In this document: positions 7,382 to 17,862 of the stretch, piece by piece
How positions within the stretch are numbered: position 1 is the first letter of the stretch
Layout of the letters: each line of letters opens with the position of its first letter
Assembly: GCA_050250255.1 (NCBI GenBank)
Contig: JBFWOZ010000032.1
Coordinates: 1 to 33,489, forward strand
DNA from: Bdellovibrionales bacterium
Lineage (GTDB): Bacteria; Bdellovibrionota; Bdellovibrionia; Bdellovibrionales; DASUEL01
Length of the DNA: 33,489 bases
Direction of reading: 5' to 3'
Program-made: the position numbers and the translations under genes
Notes under the pieces: model-generated
Seen by the model: only the letters and a program-made list of their open reading frames with translations
Told to the model about the DNA's origin: nothing
The model's database searches: none

Positions 7382-9817
7382 TTAGTGCTGTAAGGAGTGG
7401 CCCGTATAACGTGCCTTGATCCCCGTAGCAGCCTCCGACTTCATTTTGAATAGATCTGTCGCTTTTTTAATATCCAGTGTGTTTACAAGGACCTGGTCCA
7501 CGTGGTTGACCAAAATAATTTTAAGATCTTTTAGGACTTCCTTAGGTATTTCTTTCAAATCCTTCTCATTTTCTTTAGGGCAAATGATGGTTTTCATTCC
7601 CCCACGATGGGCGGCCAAGATTTTCTCTTTTAGTCCCCCAATCGCTGTCACACGCCCACGAAGCGTGATTTCTCCAGTCATCGCCACCGTGCTTTTGACC
7701 GGTATTTTGGTAATTGCCGAGACGATGCTTGTCGTAATCGCACATCCTGCAGAAGGACCATCTTTAGGAACAGCCCCCTCTGGAACGTGAATGTGAACAT
7801 CAATGTTCGCATAAAAATCTCTATCAAAACCAAAGAGAGGACCTCGTGAGCGGACATAGCTCATCGCCGCCGAACAAGATTCCTTCATCACATCACCCAG
7901 TTGTCCCGTGACCGTGAACTTGCCACGCCCCGGAACTACACTTACTTCAATCACGAGAAGGTCTCCGCCCACTTCGGTCCAAGCCAAACCATTTGTCATA
8001 CCAACATCGTTGGACTCTTCTGCTTTACCAAAACGGTATCTCGCAGCGCCCAAATAATCTTGAACATGTTTCGGTGTGATCACAAAACTTTTTGTTTTTG
8101 TTTTCTTTTTACTTTTTTCTTCTGCTTTTAAAATAGTACGCGCTGTTTTGCGACAGAGTGTACCCACTTCTCTCTCCAAATTTCTAACGCCGGCTTCGCG
8201 TGTGTAATCGGAGATCAAAGCTTTCACAGATGCAGGAGCAATGCTCACTTTACGATCCACTAATCCATGAGCTTCTAGCTGTTTCGGAATCAAATACTGC
8301 TGAGCAATATGGAATTTTTCTTTTTCGGTGTATCCGCCAAGCTGAATGACTTCCATTCGGTCAAGGAGTGGGCGTGGGATCGGATGTAACGAGTTCGCCG
8401 TCGTCACAAACATTGTTTTAGAAAGATCGTATTCCACTTCTAAATAGTGATCTTGGAAAGTCGCATTCTGTTCTGGATCTAATACTTCAAGGAGAGCCGC
8501 TGCAGGATCACCACGGAAATCGGCGCTCATCTTATCAATTTCATCAAGAAGGATCAGTGGGTTACCCGCTGTTGCTTTTTTCATTCCCTGAATGATTTTA
8601 CCAGGTAGTGCACCTACGTAAGTACGTCTGTGACCGCGAATCTCTGCTTCATCCCGCACTCCGCCAAGAGACAATCTTACGAATTCGCGATTTAAAGATT
8701 TTGCGATCGAACGGCCCAATGAAGTTTTACCAACTCCCGGAGGCCCTACTAAACAAAGAATGGGACCTTTCATGTTTGTCGCAATCTTTTGGACAGCGAG
8801 GTGCTCTAAGATACGTTCTTTTACTTTTTCTAAACCGTAATGGTCTGCATTCAAAATTTTCTCGGCCGCAGTGAGATCATGTTTTTCTTTTGAATATTCG
8901 TACCATGGAAGCGACAGCATCCAGTCAATGTAGTTTCTGACAACCGCCGCTTCGGCGCTCATCGGAGACATCATTTTTAACTTCTTAAGTTCTTTCGTGA
9001 TTTTATCAGTCGCCTCTTTGCTCATTTTCTTTTTCTTCATCTGAGCTTCGAGTTCTTTGATTTCCGCCTGGAAATCATCTTTTTCGCCTAATTCTTTTTG
9101 AATCGCCTGCATTTGTTCGTTGAGGTAGTACTCTTTTTGCGAGCGTTCCATTTGTTTCTTCACGCGAGTGCGGATTTTCTTTTCCACTTCCAAAATTTCC
9201 ACTTCAGAAGACATCATGTTGAGCAATTCTTCTAATCGCTGATTTGGGTCAGCGATTTCAAGAGCTTTTTGTTTATCTTCAAGTTTCAAATTGAGTTGTG
9301 CAACGATGATATCGGCTAATTCACCTGGATCTTCAATGGAAGACACTCTCATAAGAATTTCTGGCGGAATTCTTTTATTGAGCTTCACGTAAGTTTCGAA
9401 AGTTGTTTTTACCGAACGCATCAGCGCCGCAGTTTCCGCTGGTTTCTCTGCGCCCTCGTTCATGTCCTCGGCTTCGACAATATAAAATTTGTCGTTTGGT
9501 ATGAATTTGTTGATGCGAACGCGTTTTTTGCCCTCGATAAGAACCTTCACGGTTCCGTCGGGAAGTCGGAGCAATTGAATAATCGTTCCGCGTGTACCTA
9601 CGCTGTAAATATCTTTCGCTTCAGGATTATTAATCTTGGCATCTTTTTGAGCCGCAAGAACAATGTCTGTTCTCTTGCTCATCACATCTTCGAGAGCCGC
9701 GATACTTTTTTCGCGTCCTACGAAAAGAGGCATCATCATGTGCGGAAACACAATCAGATCTCTCAATGGCAGCAGCGGATATTGGCCCGTTGTTTTTTTG
9801 TTCGACTTCTCTGACAT
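7382..9817 (-). CDS. lon: ATP-dependent protease La
   Basis: PLLPLRD N-domain, Walker A GPPGVGKT, Walker B LLDEIDK, catalytic PKDGPSAG and GGLKEK. Confidence 0.99.
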   Translation of the reverse strand: MSEKSNKKTTGQYPLLPLRDLIVFPHMMMPLFVGREKSIAALEDVMSKRTDIVLAAQKDAKINNPEAKDIYSVGTRGTIIQLLRLPDGTVKVLIEGKKRVRINKFIPNDKFYIVEAEDMNEGAEKPAETAALMRSVKTTFETYVKLNKRIPPEILMRVSSIEDPGELADIIVAQLNLKLEDKQKALEIADPNQRLEELLNMMSSEVEILEVEKKIRTRVKKQMERSQKEYYLNEQMQAIQKELGEKDDFQAEIKELEAQMKKKKMSKEATDKITKELKKLKMMSPMSAEAAVVRNYIDWMLSLPWYEYSKEKHDLTAAEKILNADHYGLEKVKERILEHLAVQKIATNMKGPILCLVGPPGVGKTSLGRSIAKSLNREFVRLSLGGVRDEAEIRGHRRTYVGALPGKIIQGMKKATAGNPLILLDEIDKMSADFRGDPAAALLEVLDPEQNATFQDHYLEVEYDLSKTMFVTTANSLHPIPRPLLDRMEVIQLGGYTEKEKFHIAQQYLIPKQLEAHGLVDRKVSIAPASVKALISDYTREAGVRNLEREVGTLCRKTARTILKAEEKSKKKTKTKSFVITPKHVQDYLGAARYRFGKAEESNDVGMTNGLAWTEVGGDLLVIEVSVVPGRGKFTVTGQLGDVMKESCSAAMSYVRSRGPLFGFDRDFYANIDVHIHVPEGAVPKDGPSAGCAITTSIVSAITKIPVKSTVAMTGEITLRGRVTAIGGLKEKILAAHRGGMKTIICPKENEKDLKEIPKEVLKDLKIILVNHVDQVLVNTLDIKKATDLFKMKSEAATGIKARYTGHSLQH

Positions 9818-9925
9818 GAACGCCTCCCTACGTGTGTGTACCCCAAACTCAATTCACTCGTACCAGCTCAGGCCCATTCCCTAGACCTTAGAGCGAAGGT
9901 CCCAAAATTCCTCGCTCTTAGTATT

Positions 9926-9953
9926 ATTCTACTCATATTTAAAGAGGTTGCAA
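9926..9953 (-). promoter_or_regulatory. Possible sigma70-type promoter for lon
   Basis: Minus strand TTGCAA-16 nt-TAGAAT in the clpX-lon intergenic region. Confidence 0.45.
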
Positions 9954-10006
9954 ACGAAGCTTCGCCTAGACCATAGTCGCAGGCGAAAAATTTTGATGTT
10001 GGAATT

Positions 10007-10029
10007 CGCCCCATCAGGAGGATGGGGCG
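10007..10029 (-). terminator. GC-rich hairpin downstream of clpX (terminator or mRNA stabiliser)
   Basis: Perfect 9-bp stem CGCCCCATC-AGGAG-GATGGGGCG with a weak U tract. Confidence 0.5.
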
Positions 10030-10052
10030 TCTAAGAAGAATCGGCGGGTGAC

Positions 10053-11357
10053 TTACGCGCTCTCAGCAGAACTATTCGAGGCGGCCTCGTCTGCCATTTT
10101 CTTTACTTCTTCCGCTGTACGGAACACGAGTTCTGGTGTCTTACCTTTTGTAATCACCTCTTCAGAAATGATGCACTCCTTCACGTTTTCTTTCGAAGGA
10201 ATTTCATACATCAGATCGAGCATCGCAGTTTCCATTACCGCTCTTAAGCCGCGTGCCCCTGTCTTACGCTTAATCGCTTCGTGAGCGATGGCCTTTAAGG
10301 CGGCATCATCAAATTTCAAAGCCACATTTTCGTAGCTAAAAAGTTTTTGATACTGCTTTGTAAGAGCATTTTTTGGCCTCATCAAGATATCGATCAGTGC
10401 GGCTTCATCAAGAGGATCAAGAACAGAGACGACAGGAAGACGACCGATGAACTCAGGGATCATTCCGTATCTTACAAGGTCATCTGGTTGAACTTTTTGA
10501 AGAAGGTTTTCTTGCTGCTCTTTATCGACTTTTTTGACGTTGGCACCAATTCCGAGAGACTTTGAGCTCACGCGACCTTCCACCACTTTATCAAGGCCTA
10601 CGAAAGCTCCGCCGCAAATAAAGAGGATGTTGGAAGTATCAACTTGGATGAATTCTTGTTGTGGATGTTTACGACCACCCTTAGGAGGAAGATTCGCAAC
10701 CGTTCCCTCAAGAATTTTGAGAAGAGCTTGCTGAACACCCTCACCGCTCACGTCGCGCGTGATCGAAGGGTTTTCCGATTTACGAGAAATTTTATCGATC
10801 TCATCGATATAGATCACACCTTTTTGAGCGCGCTCGACATCGTAGTCTGCTGCTTGAAGAAGGTTGAGCACGACGTTTTCAACATCTTCACCCACGTAAC
10901 CCGCTTCAGTGAGCGTCGTGGCATCCGCCATCGCAAACGGCACGTTTAAAACTTTGGCAATTGTTTGTGCAAGTAAAGTTTTTCCAGATCCTGTTGGGCC
11001 AATAAGAAGGATATTACTTTTCGCAAGTTCGATATCTTCTTTCTTTTTCGATCCACCAGCAGAATTAATGCGCTTATAATGATTATGTACCGCAACCGCG
11101 AGTGATTTTTTTGCCTTTTCTTGTCCAATTACATAATCGTCAAGGAAAGTGCGAATATCCACAGGTTTTGGAACTTTGAAAGCATGTTTGCGGTCGTCTT
11201 CACGCTCACGTTCTTCGTTGATGATGTCATTACAGAGATCAATACATTCATCGCAGATATAGACGCTGGGACCCGCAATGAGTTTCTTAACTTCTTTTTG
11301 GCTTTTGCCACAAAAACTACAAACGAGTGAACCGTATAAGTTATCTTTTCGACTCAT
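10053..11357 (-). CDS. clpX: ATP-dependent Clp protease ATP-binding subunit ClpX
   Basis: Zn finger CSFCGK...[16 protein letters not shown] pore loop, RKH loop, DEIDK. Confidence 0.99.
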   Translation of the reverse strand: MSRKDNLYGSLVCSFCGKSQKEVKKLIAGPSVYICDECIDLCNDIINEEREREDDRKHAFKVPKPVDIRTFLDDYVIGQEKAKKSLAVAVHNHYKRINSAGGSKKKEDIELAKSNILLIGPTGSGKTLLAQTIAKVLNVPFAMADATTLTEAGYVGEDVENVVLNLLQAADYDVERAQKGVIYIDEIDKISRKSENPSITRDVSGEGVQQALLKILEGTVANLPPKGGRKHPQQEFIQVDTSNILFICGGAFVGLDKVVEGRVSSKSLGIGANVKKVDKEQQENLLQKVQPDDLVRYGMIPEFIGRLPVVSVLDPLDEAALIDILMRPKNALTKQYQKLFSYENVALKFDDAALKAIAHEAIKRKTGARGLRAVMETAMLDLMYEIPSKENVKECIISEEVITKGKTPELVFRTAEEVKKMADEAASNSSAESA

Positions 11358-11971
11358 TTTTTACTTTCCTTGTCTTTGAGGTCCTTTGCAGATTCCACAA
11401 TGTGATCCACTAAACCTAATTCTTTTGATTTATATGAGCTCATAAAATAATCGCGATCCATCAAGCGAGTGAGTTCTTCATGACTGTTACCAGTATGCTT
11501 CACGTAAATTTCCGTAAGAAGCTTCTTGGTATCCACTAACTCTCTTGCATGAATTTCGATATCGCTCGCCTGACCACTTAAGCCACCAGAAATCAATGGT
11601 TGGTGAATCATCGCTCTCGCATGCGGAAGCATGTAACGTTTGCCCTTCGCGCCTGCGGTTAATAGAAGAGAGCCCATGCTCGCTGCCATTCCCGTGCAAA
11701 AGGTTCTTACATCGCAACGTACGTATTGCATAATATCGTAAATTCCCAAACCTGCAGAAACGCTTCCGCCTGGAGAATTGATATAAAGATCGATATCCTT
11801 TTCAGGATTTTCCATCTCTAAAAAGAGCATTTGGGCTACAACAATATTTGCCAACTCATCTGTCACCGGAGATCCGATGAAAATAATTCGATCTTTCAGA
11901 AGACGAGAATAAATATCGTAACTTCGTTCACCTTTAGATGTTTGTTCAATGACGTATGGAACTAATGGCAT
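11354..11971 (-). CDS. clpP: Clp protease proteolytic subunit
   Basis: [37 protein letters not shown] overlap with clpX. Confidence 0.99.
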   Translation of the reverse strand: MPLVPYVIEQTSKGERSYDIYSRLLKDRIIFIGSPVTDELANIVVAQMLFLEMENPEKDIDLYINSPGGSVSAGLGIYDIMQYVRCDVRTFCTGMAASMGSLLLTAGAKGKRYMLPHARAMIHQPLISGGLSGQASDIEIHARELVDTKKLLTEIYVKHTGNSHEELTRLMDRDYFMSSYKSKELGLVDHIVESAKDLKDKESKK

Positions 11972-12216
11972 CTCAACCTCCGTAAGCGGTACTCACAAAA
12001 ATCATATCATTCCTTGGCCATGACACCAAAGTCTGACAATGACTCTTCGGTCTAATAACCTTTCAAGTTTATTGCCAAAACTCAGTTCCAAAAAGTTTTT
12101 TACGATGACTCAACCAATGACACCTGAGCCCGACTTAAATCTTGACCTCACGCCAGTTGACAGAGCGTGTTAGTTGGGGTTTAAAGTTTTATACGCAACT
12201 TGAAAGGAAATTCCAT

Positions 12217-13761
12217 ATGAAGGTCCAGTTTAAAGTCTCCACGTCTCAGAAAGCGAAATCCACTTCAAGCACCACACTCGTTGTTTTTGTGGCTCAGGCC
12301 GGTGCAACTTCAGGAACAAAAAAGGCAAAAAAGTCTCTTCCCTCAGTACAAATTTACTCCTCCGATGCCGCCGTTAAGACTGCCGTACAGGATGCCGTCG
12401 CCTTGAAACACTTCGCAGGCAAAATGGGTGAAACTTGTTTTTTAAGAAACTCTGCAACGGGTGACTATTCTCACCTTCTCGCGGTGGGTTTAGGCTCTGT
12501 AGCTCAAATGAACGCAGACACTGTCAGAAGAACCGCGGCCCATCTTGCGAAAACATTGAAGTCTTTAGCTTTCCCAATGGTCGACCTCCTTATTTCCGCA
12601 AATCTTCCTAAGAAAATTCAAGGCGAAGCCTTCGGCCAAGCTCTTAGCGAAGGCGCTCTTCTTAGCGCTTACGACTTCACCGAACTCAAATCCGATCAAA
12701 AAGAAGAAAAATCGGTCACGATCAATCTCGTATTTGAAGGAAAAAATAATCCGAAAGCTCTTCAAAACGGAATGGATACTGGTGAAACAATCGCTGAATG
12801 CGTGAACTTTGCTCGTCGCTTAGGTGACAATCCAGGAAACCTCATGACCCCGTCGATTCTTGCGCAGGAAACACAAAACGCCGCCAAAGGAACAGGCTTA
12901 AAAGTCACCGTTTGGGATAAAGCTCGTATCAAAAAAGAAAAGATGGGCTGTCTTCTTGGTGTTTCTATGGGAAGCGACCAAGAACCACGTCTTATCATCA
13001 TGGAATATCGTGGGGCTCCCGCTTCAAAAAAACCGATTTGTTTTGTTGGAAAAGGTCTCACCTTTGATACCGGCGGTATCAGCATTAAGCCTTCGGCCAA
13101 CATGGAAGAAATGAAATACGACATGTGCGGTGGCTCGGCGACGATCGGAACGATGCTCGCAATTGCGAAACTAAAGTTGAAAGTAAATGTGATCGGTATT
13201 GTTCCTGCTTCAGAAAACATGCCTGGCCCATCCGCGACGAAGCCGGGAGATATTCACACTGCACGTAACGGTAAAACCGTGGAAGTGAATAACACCGATG
13301 CCGAAGGCCGTTTGATTTTAGCCGACGCTCTCGTTTACGCTTGCGAACAAAAACCCGCATTCATCGTCGATAGCGCGACTCTCACAGGTGCTATCGTGAT
13401 TGCTCTTGGCGATTTACACACAGGATATTTCTGTCGCGATACCAAGCTCACAAAAGTGATCGAAGATTCCGCGGAGGAAAGCGGCGAACCGATATGGCAA
13501 ATGCCACTCGTCGATGAACATGGCGAAGACATGAAGGGCACATATGCCGATCTCAACAACATTTCCCACAACAAAGGTGCCGGAAGTGCACACGGAGCAG
13601 GCTTCCTCGAGTTCTTCGTAGATAAAGACATCCCATGGGCTCACGTGGATATCGCCGGAACTGCGTGGAGCACAGGCCACCGCGTTCCGTACAATCCAAA
13701 GAAGGGTGCAAGCGGCGTGATGATTCGTACATATGTGGAATTAGCGAAACGCTGGAAGTAG
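12217..13761 (+). CDS. pepA: Leucyl aminopeptidase (M17)
   Basis: VGKGLTFDTGGISIK, MKYDM, NTDAEGRLILAD. ATG 12217 is preceded by GAAAGGA. Confidence 0.97.
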   Translation: MKVQFKVSTSQKAKSTSSTTLVVFVAQAGATSGTKKAKKSLPSVQIYSSDAAVKTAVQDAVALKHFAGKMGETCFLRNSATGDYSHLLAVGLGSVAQMNADTVRRTAAHLAKTLKSLAFPMVDLLISANLPKKIQGEAFGQALSEGALLSAYDFTELKSDQKEEKSVTINLVFEGKNNPKALQNGMDTGETIAECVNFARRLGDNPGNLMTPSILAQETQNAAKGTGLKVTVWDKARIKKEKMGCLLGVSMGSDQEPRLIIMEYRGAPASKKPICFVGKGLTFDTGGISIKPSANMEEMKYDMCGGSATIGTMLAIAKLKLKVNVIGIVPASENMPGPSATKPGDIHTARNGKTVEVNNTDAEGRLILADALVYACEQKPAFIVDSATLTGAIVIALGDLHTGYFCRDTKLTKVIEDSAEESGEPIWQMPLVDEHGEDMKGTYADLNNISHNKGAGSAHGAGFLEFFVDKDIPWAHVDIAGTAWSTGHRVPYNPKKGASGVMIRTYVELAKRWK

Positions 13762-13780
13762 TTCATTAAAGCTAATGTTA

Positions 13781-13809
13781 TCGCTAGCGCGGTGTCCAAG
13801 CGCTGGCGA
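13781..13809. terminator. Hairpin between convergent pepA and lipoprotein genes
   Basis: TCGCTAGCGC / GCGCTGGCGA stem with no clear U tract. Confidence 0.4.
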
Positions 13810-13882
13810 AGCTAAAGACTATTTTATTTAATGAGTGAATAAGATTTTCTCTAGGTCAACAATCTAGTTTTAGGTACCAAGA

Positions 13883-14296
13883 TTACTTTGGAGACTTTTT
13901 CGTTTCCGTAACCTTCAAGTGACACATAGTTTTAATAGCTGAGATTGTTTTATCCAATTGAGCCGCAACCTCAGCTTCAAACTCTTTTGTACCTGTCGGC
14001 GCAATTACTCCGTGAGAATCTACTTCTAACAACAAAGAACCATTTGATTTTGGATGTTGAACAATTTCGCCTGTCAGCCTAACATGCTCTTTCTGTGACC
14101 AAGTAAACTTCCAATGTTTCTCATTATTTACTTCCTCATATCTTACATATGCATCACGAAGTGTAGAGTAAATTTGATCCTCGACACAGGTTCGATTGAG
14201 AGACTGCTTAATTTCAAGATCGCGTTTCACTTTGTAGGTGCCATGACATGCAGCAAACAGAAGGATAAAAGCTGAAAAAATAAAAGCCGATCTCAT
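13883..14296 (-). CDS. Hypothetical lipoprotein
   Basis: From ATG 14296 (SD AGGGG): MRSAFIFSAFILLFAAC, a lipobox-like signal. Confidence 0.7.
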   Translation of the reverse strand: MRSAFIFSAFILLFAACHGTYKVKRDLEIKQSLNRTCVEDQIYSTLRDAYVRYEEVNNEKHWKFTWSQKEHVRLTGEIVQHPKSNGSLLLEVDSHGVIAPTGTKEFEAEVAAQLDKTISAIKTMCHLKVTETKKSPK

Positions 14297-14489
14297 AACA
14301 CCCCTTAAACGTTGTATTAAAGAAATCAAAGAACACAAAATATGTCCATCATTCAAATGTTTATAAACATCATAGGAATCAGAAAGCTAAGGAAATTGAA
14401 TCGTTGGACAGAAGCCGGTCGCATCATTTCTTCTGCCATAAATATATCGCTTTTCAGCGCGGCGCTTTCTTTGCTAAGTTCCTGGTCTT

Positions 14490-15164
14490 ATGAAAATCAC
14501 TCGTTCTGATGACATTCCTGTAACTCAAAAAATGCTTAATGAAGTTCGTTATGAATTAAAGTCGGGACTTTCTGCCCTTGAGCATAAATATTCGTCCCTT
14601 GATTCCAAAATAGACTCTTTTAGAGATTCCGTTAAAGGCGATATGGTCTCACTAAAAGAAGAGATCTCATCGGTAAGAACTTCTACAAAAAGCGATACGG
14701 CCTTACTCAAGCAAGAGATCGCCTCAGTAAGAGCCTCCGCAAAAAGCGACACGGCCTTACTCAAGAAAGAGATTGCGTCGGTAAGAACTTCTGCAAAAAG
14801 TGATACAGTCTCGCTAAAGAAAGAGATTGCCTCAGTAAGAGCCTCCGCAAAAAGTGATACGGCCTCACTCAAGAAAGAGATTGCATCCGCAAGAACTGCT
14901 GCAAAAAGTGATATCACTTGCTTAAGAGCTGATATGGAATCCATGAGGATTTCTCTAACAGGTGAAATTAAGTCTATAAAGCACTCTCTTCAAGGCGACA
15001 TTGAGTTTATCAAAAGTGACCTTCACTCCATCAAAATTCTTGTCGAAGAACAAAATAGCCGAAATAAATTTGTACTTGATGGGCTGCACGCTTTTATTGC
15101 CAAAAGCCAAGAACACGATGACCGCCTCACTCACGTCGAAGGACGTTTGGGTATTTCTAGATAA
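14490..15164 (+). CDS. Coiled-coil protein with 18-aa tandem repeats
   Basis: 224-aa ORF with five EI(A/S)S(V/A)RxxxKSDxxxL(K/R)x units and a hydrophobic 7+11 periodicity. Confidence 0.8.
   Translation: MKITRSDDIPVTQKMLNEVRYELKSGLSALEHKYSSLDSKIDSFRDSVKGDMVSLKEEISSVRTSTKSDTALLKQEIASVRASAKSDTALLKKEIASVRTSAKSDTVSLKKEIASVRASAKSDTASLKKEIASARTAAKSDITCLRADMESMRISLTGEIKSIKHSLQGDIEFIKSDLHSIKILVEEQNSRNKFVLDGLHAFIAKSQEHDDRLTHVEGRLGISR
14661..14930 (+). repeat. 54-bp intragenic tandem repeat, 5 units
   Basis: Units begin GAGAT at 14661, 14715, 14769, 14823 and 14877. Confidence 0.92.
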
Positions 15165-15170
15165 TTTATA

Positions 15171-15812
15171 TTACCAGCGCATACTGATGGGTGAGCTCAT
15201 CATCTGATAGAGGTTTGTGGAATCCATTTCGATTCCCTTACCTTCTTTGCGATTGTAGAGTTTTACCTTCGAAAGCACCCATTCTGCCGGCCATTCCGAA
15301 ATCATATTAGATAACTTAATTGAAATGTCTATAGGTTGCGTGAGCTTAAGTTCTGAGTCGACGGGCTTGCCACTCTTAATCTCTTGAATGGGAATCCAGA
15401 TCGTCGCTAAACGACTCACATCTTGTGAAACTTCGCAGTTGGTTTCCACTGTAAGAGAGGGACGATCTCCAGAAACCGCAATCCCTTCTGCGGCAAAAGT
15501 GAGTATGACTCGGTCGTAAACGTCACAAGCAAAAGCCGCACGGCCATCCATTCCTTTCGTGATAAAATGTCCTAAAGAAACGCCAAAGTTTTCACCTTCT
15601 AAAATGGATTTTGCTCCCGCAAGCAAGCGACGCTTCGATGCGGTTTCCAAAGCAGATCCCGTAAGCTCGGAAACATCTGCCATTTTGGGAATAGATGCAG
15701 GAACACGATTGGTGTTCGACGCTGTTTTATGTTTTGAAATGCTGTAGATACGACTTAAACCCGCGAAAGCGGCAACAGCAACAAACAGAATGAAAAGATT
15801 TTTTGTCTTCAA
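15171..15812 (-). CDS. Membrane-anchored or secreted hypothetical protein
   Basis: 213-aa ORF with TTG start, N-terminal hydrophobic segment, RxPAS motif and a Cys pair. Confidence 0.75.
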   Translation of the reverse strand: MKTKNLFILFVAVAAFAGLSRIYSISKHKTASNTNRVPASIPKMADVSELTGSALETASKRRLLAGAKSILEGENFGVSLGHFITKGMDGRAAFACDVYDRVILTFAAEGIAVSGDRPSLTVETNCEVSQDVSRLATIWIPIQEIKSGKPVDSELKLTQPIDISIKLSNMISEWPAEWVLSKVKLYNRKEGKGIEMDSTNLYQMMSSPISMRW

Positions 15813-15866
15813 GTGAATGCCCCTTTTTTTGGCCCTTTTGTGGCCCCTCGTAGGCCTCTTTTTATA

Positions 15867-17132
15867 TTATAAGGGGCTTTCGCAAGTATGTTGACGATAA
15901 CCTTTTAGCTGGACGCCCATCTCTTTCATTTCCATACCAATGGCCAGCGAACTCAGTCGAGCAATCCAGCCATAGACGTTTTCCATGGGATTCCCCTCTT
16001 CATCCACTTCCAAATCAGAAACACAGAGCTTTTGGAAAACGGCGCCGGGGCTGTTCAGACTTTCCGTAGGGCCTTTTGATGGGTGAGCTCTTAAAAATCC
16101 GCCCACAAGTTCACAACCAATCATATAGATAGTGGGTTCCGCAGTTCCCACATCGGTTTTGAGGGCAGAGCTTACACCTTCTTGCAAAATCACTTCTTCA
16201 ACTGTGCGACGGCCTTTAGAAACCTTCATTTGCTTACGCGTTTTACTGTTCCAGTTTCTGACTTCGTCACCGCTGGAAACTGCAAGTACACCTAAACCAT
16301 AAGTTCCCGCATTGTTTTTAATAAACACGGTTGGTGGCTCTTGAAAATTTCTTTTTTTATACTCTTTTTCAATCGTCAGCAGCATTTGATCAACACGATC
16401 TGCAAGCGCAATTCCGGATTCTTCAGAATCTAAATCAAAACCACTGAACACCTCGGTCTGCACCTGTAAGAGCCAAGGATCTAAGCCAATCACTTGCGAA
16501 ACTTCTCCCGCAAGACGATTGTAATGTTGAAAGTGAGTGCTTTTTTTTCTCTGATACCAACCCATTTCTCGAGGAGGATTGATCGGTGTTTGTACACCCT
16601 CGCCCCAGTCTTCATAAGATTGAGAGAAGTCGTTATTGCTAATAATTAACTCGGGCTTAAAATCGTCGCCAATGAGAATCTCAGTATCTTGTTTACGTGA
16701 CGGATGAACAAGAATCTTTTGACCAGAAAAAGATTCCATAGTCGCTGTTCCACTAAAAGATCGAGGAATGGCAACCCGCAAATCATAACCCGCATCTTTC
16801 AGCATCGTCTGTAAGGCAAATACATTATCCCAATAAGGAGGATTGTTTGTATGCTCTTCAGTAATGAGGGCGACTTTTTTTAAATTTTCACCATAATGCG
16901 ATTGAATGTAATCTTTTACGATTTCGGCGATATTGGATTTGTCCACGGGACAAATATTATTAAAACCAGCGGGGAAAAGATTTGCATCCACCCCAACAAT
17001 TTTTTTGCCAGAATCACGAACATCCACGCTTGTGTAAAAAGGCAAAAACAGGTTTTTTCGATGGTTGATAAACCACTGCTTTACGTTCTCTTTATTTTTC
17101 AGAATTTTTGAATGTATTTCGTGCTGAGACAT
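15867..17132 (-). CDS. gshA: Glutamate--cysteine ligase, ATP-grasp GshA type
   Basis: PFYTSVDVRDSG...VDANLFPAGFNN, EEHTNNPPY, NNDFS, KNNAGTYGLG, QEGV, GGFLRAH...ESLNSPG match the GshA (gshA_ferroox-type) family. Confidence 0.88.
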   Translation of the reverse strand: MSQHEIHSKILKNKENVKQWFINHRKNLFLPFYTSVDVRDSGKKIVGVDANLFPAGFNNICPVDKSNIAEIVKDYIQSHYGENLKKVALITEEHTNNPPYWDNVFALQTMLKDAGYDLRVAIPRSFSGTATMESFSGQKILVHPSRKQDTEILIGDDFKPELIISNNDFSQSYEDWGEGVQTPINPPREMGWYQRKKSTHFQHYNRLAGEVSQVIGLDPWLLQVQTEVFSGFDLDSEESGIALADRVDQMLLTIEKEYKKRNFQEPPTVFIKNNAGTYGLGVLAVSSGDEVRNWNSKTRKQMKVSKGRRTVEEVILQEGVSSALKTDVGTAEPTIYMIGCELVGGFLRAHPSKGPTESLNSPGAVFQKLCVSDLEVDEEGNPMENVYGWIARLSSLAIGMEMKEMGVQLKGYRQHTCESPL

Positions 17133-17139
17133 GAAGGTC

Positions 17140-17862
17140 CTACTTGTTTAAAATTTCTTTCACAAAATGAGCCCCTCCGACGACGGCCGCAGGCATGATC
17201 AGAAAACTGAGGCCGGGTATAAGAAATGTCAATCCCAGAGCCGCTCCAAATCCTGAAAAACCCAGCCAATGGGCCTTGTAAGCGCGCAAACGCTCTTTTA
17301 AACTCAGGCCAAAAACCTCTAAAGAGTAATCGGCACAATCCGTAGCAAATAAAAATAGCGAAACGAAAACGGCAAGCACTCCTAAGCCAGGCACAATTCC
17401 TACAAAGAACATCACCGTTGTCACAGACAAAACAATCAGCGAGCGCAGTAGTGCTACACCAAACATTTTAAACGACTTCCTCAGCCAATCTGCGAGTGTC
17501 TCAGCACCCGGTAGGGTTCCTCTCAGATGCATCAATGTTTTCTCCGCAAGAAGTGCATTGAATGGACCCGAAATAATCATAGCGAGAGCAAAGGTCACAA
17601 ATCCGCTAAAAATAAAAAGGACGACCGAAGCTAAAGCGTAAGATCCGTAATAGGCAATACCTGACCAAAACCCTACGGCCCCCGTAACAAAAGTCGCAAG
17701 CAGCGTCGGCATGAGTACAAATAACGAAACATACAGAACACTAAAAAATAAAATGAAATCAATAATGAGAGGTACAATTGCAATCCGCTTAAGATCTTTA
17801 TTGGCCAAAATCAGTCGGATTCCAATAAACGGACTTTTAAAACCTAAAACAAATTCTTTCAT
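17140..17862 (-). CDS. CysZ/EI24-family membrane protein
   Basis: Multi-TM protein with IISGPFNALLAEK, DYSLE and IPGLSFLIMPAAVVGGA motifs. Confidence 0.85.
   Translation of the reverse strand: MKEFVLGFKSPFIGIRLILANKDLKRIAIVPLIIDFILFFSVLYVSLFVLMPTLLATFVTGAVGFWSGIAYYGSYALASVVLFIFSGFVTFALAMIISGPFNALLAEKTLMHLRGTLPGAETLADWLRKSFKMFGVALLRSLIVLSVTTVMFFVGIVPGLGVLAVFVSLFLFATDCADYSLEVFGLSLKERLRAYKAHWLGFSGFGAALGLTFLIPGLSFLIMPAAVVGGAHFVKEILNK

Noticed and set aside
12142..12216. Longer TTG start for pepA and a TTGACA promoter at 12157
   Set aside because: ATG 12217 has the SD. The best -10 candidate (TAAAGT) is 19 nt from TTGACA, too weak to call.
7416..13680. Many short alternative-frame and antisense ORFs inside lon, clpX, clpP and pepA (likewise within other long genes)
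   Set aside because: Fully overlap well-supported conserved genes and show no motifs; typical shadow ORFs.
14661..14930. Possible CRISPR or non-coding array, and antisense ORF 14549..14944
   Set aside because: Contiguous 54-bp coding repeat without spacers. The antisense ORF is a shadow of the repeat.
15818..15863. Short GGCCC-T-rich repeats between gshA and the downstream gene
   Set aside because: Low-complexity and degenerate, with no stable structure or assignable function.
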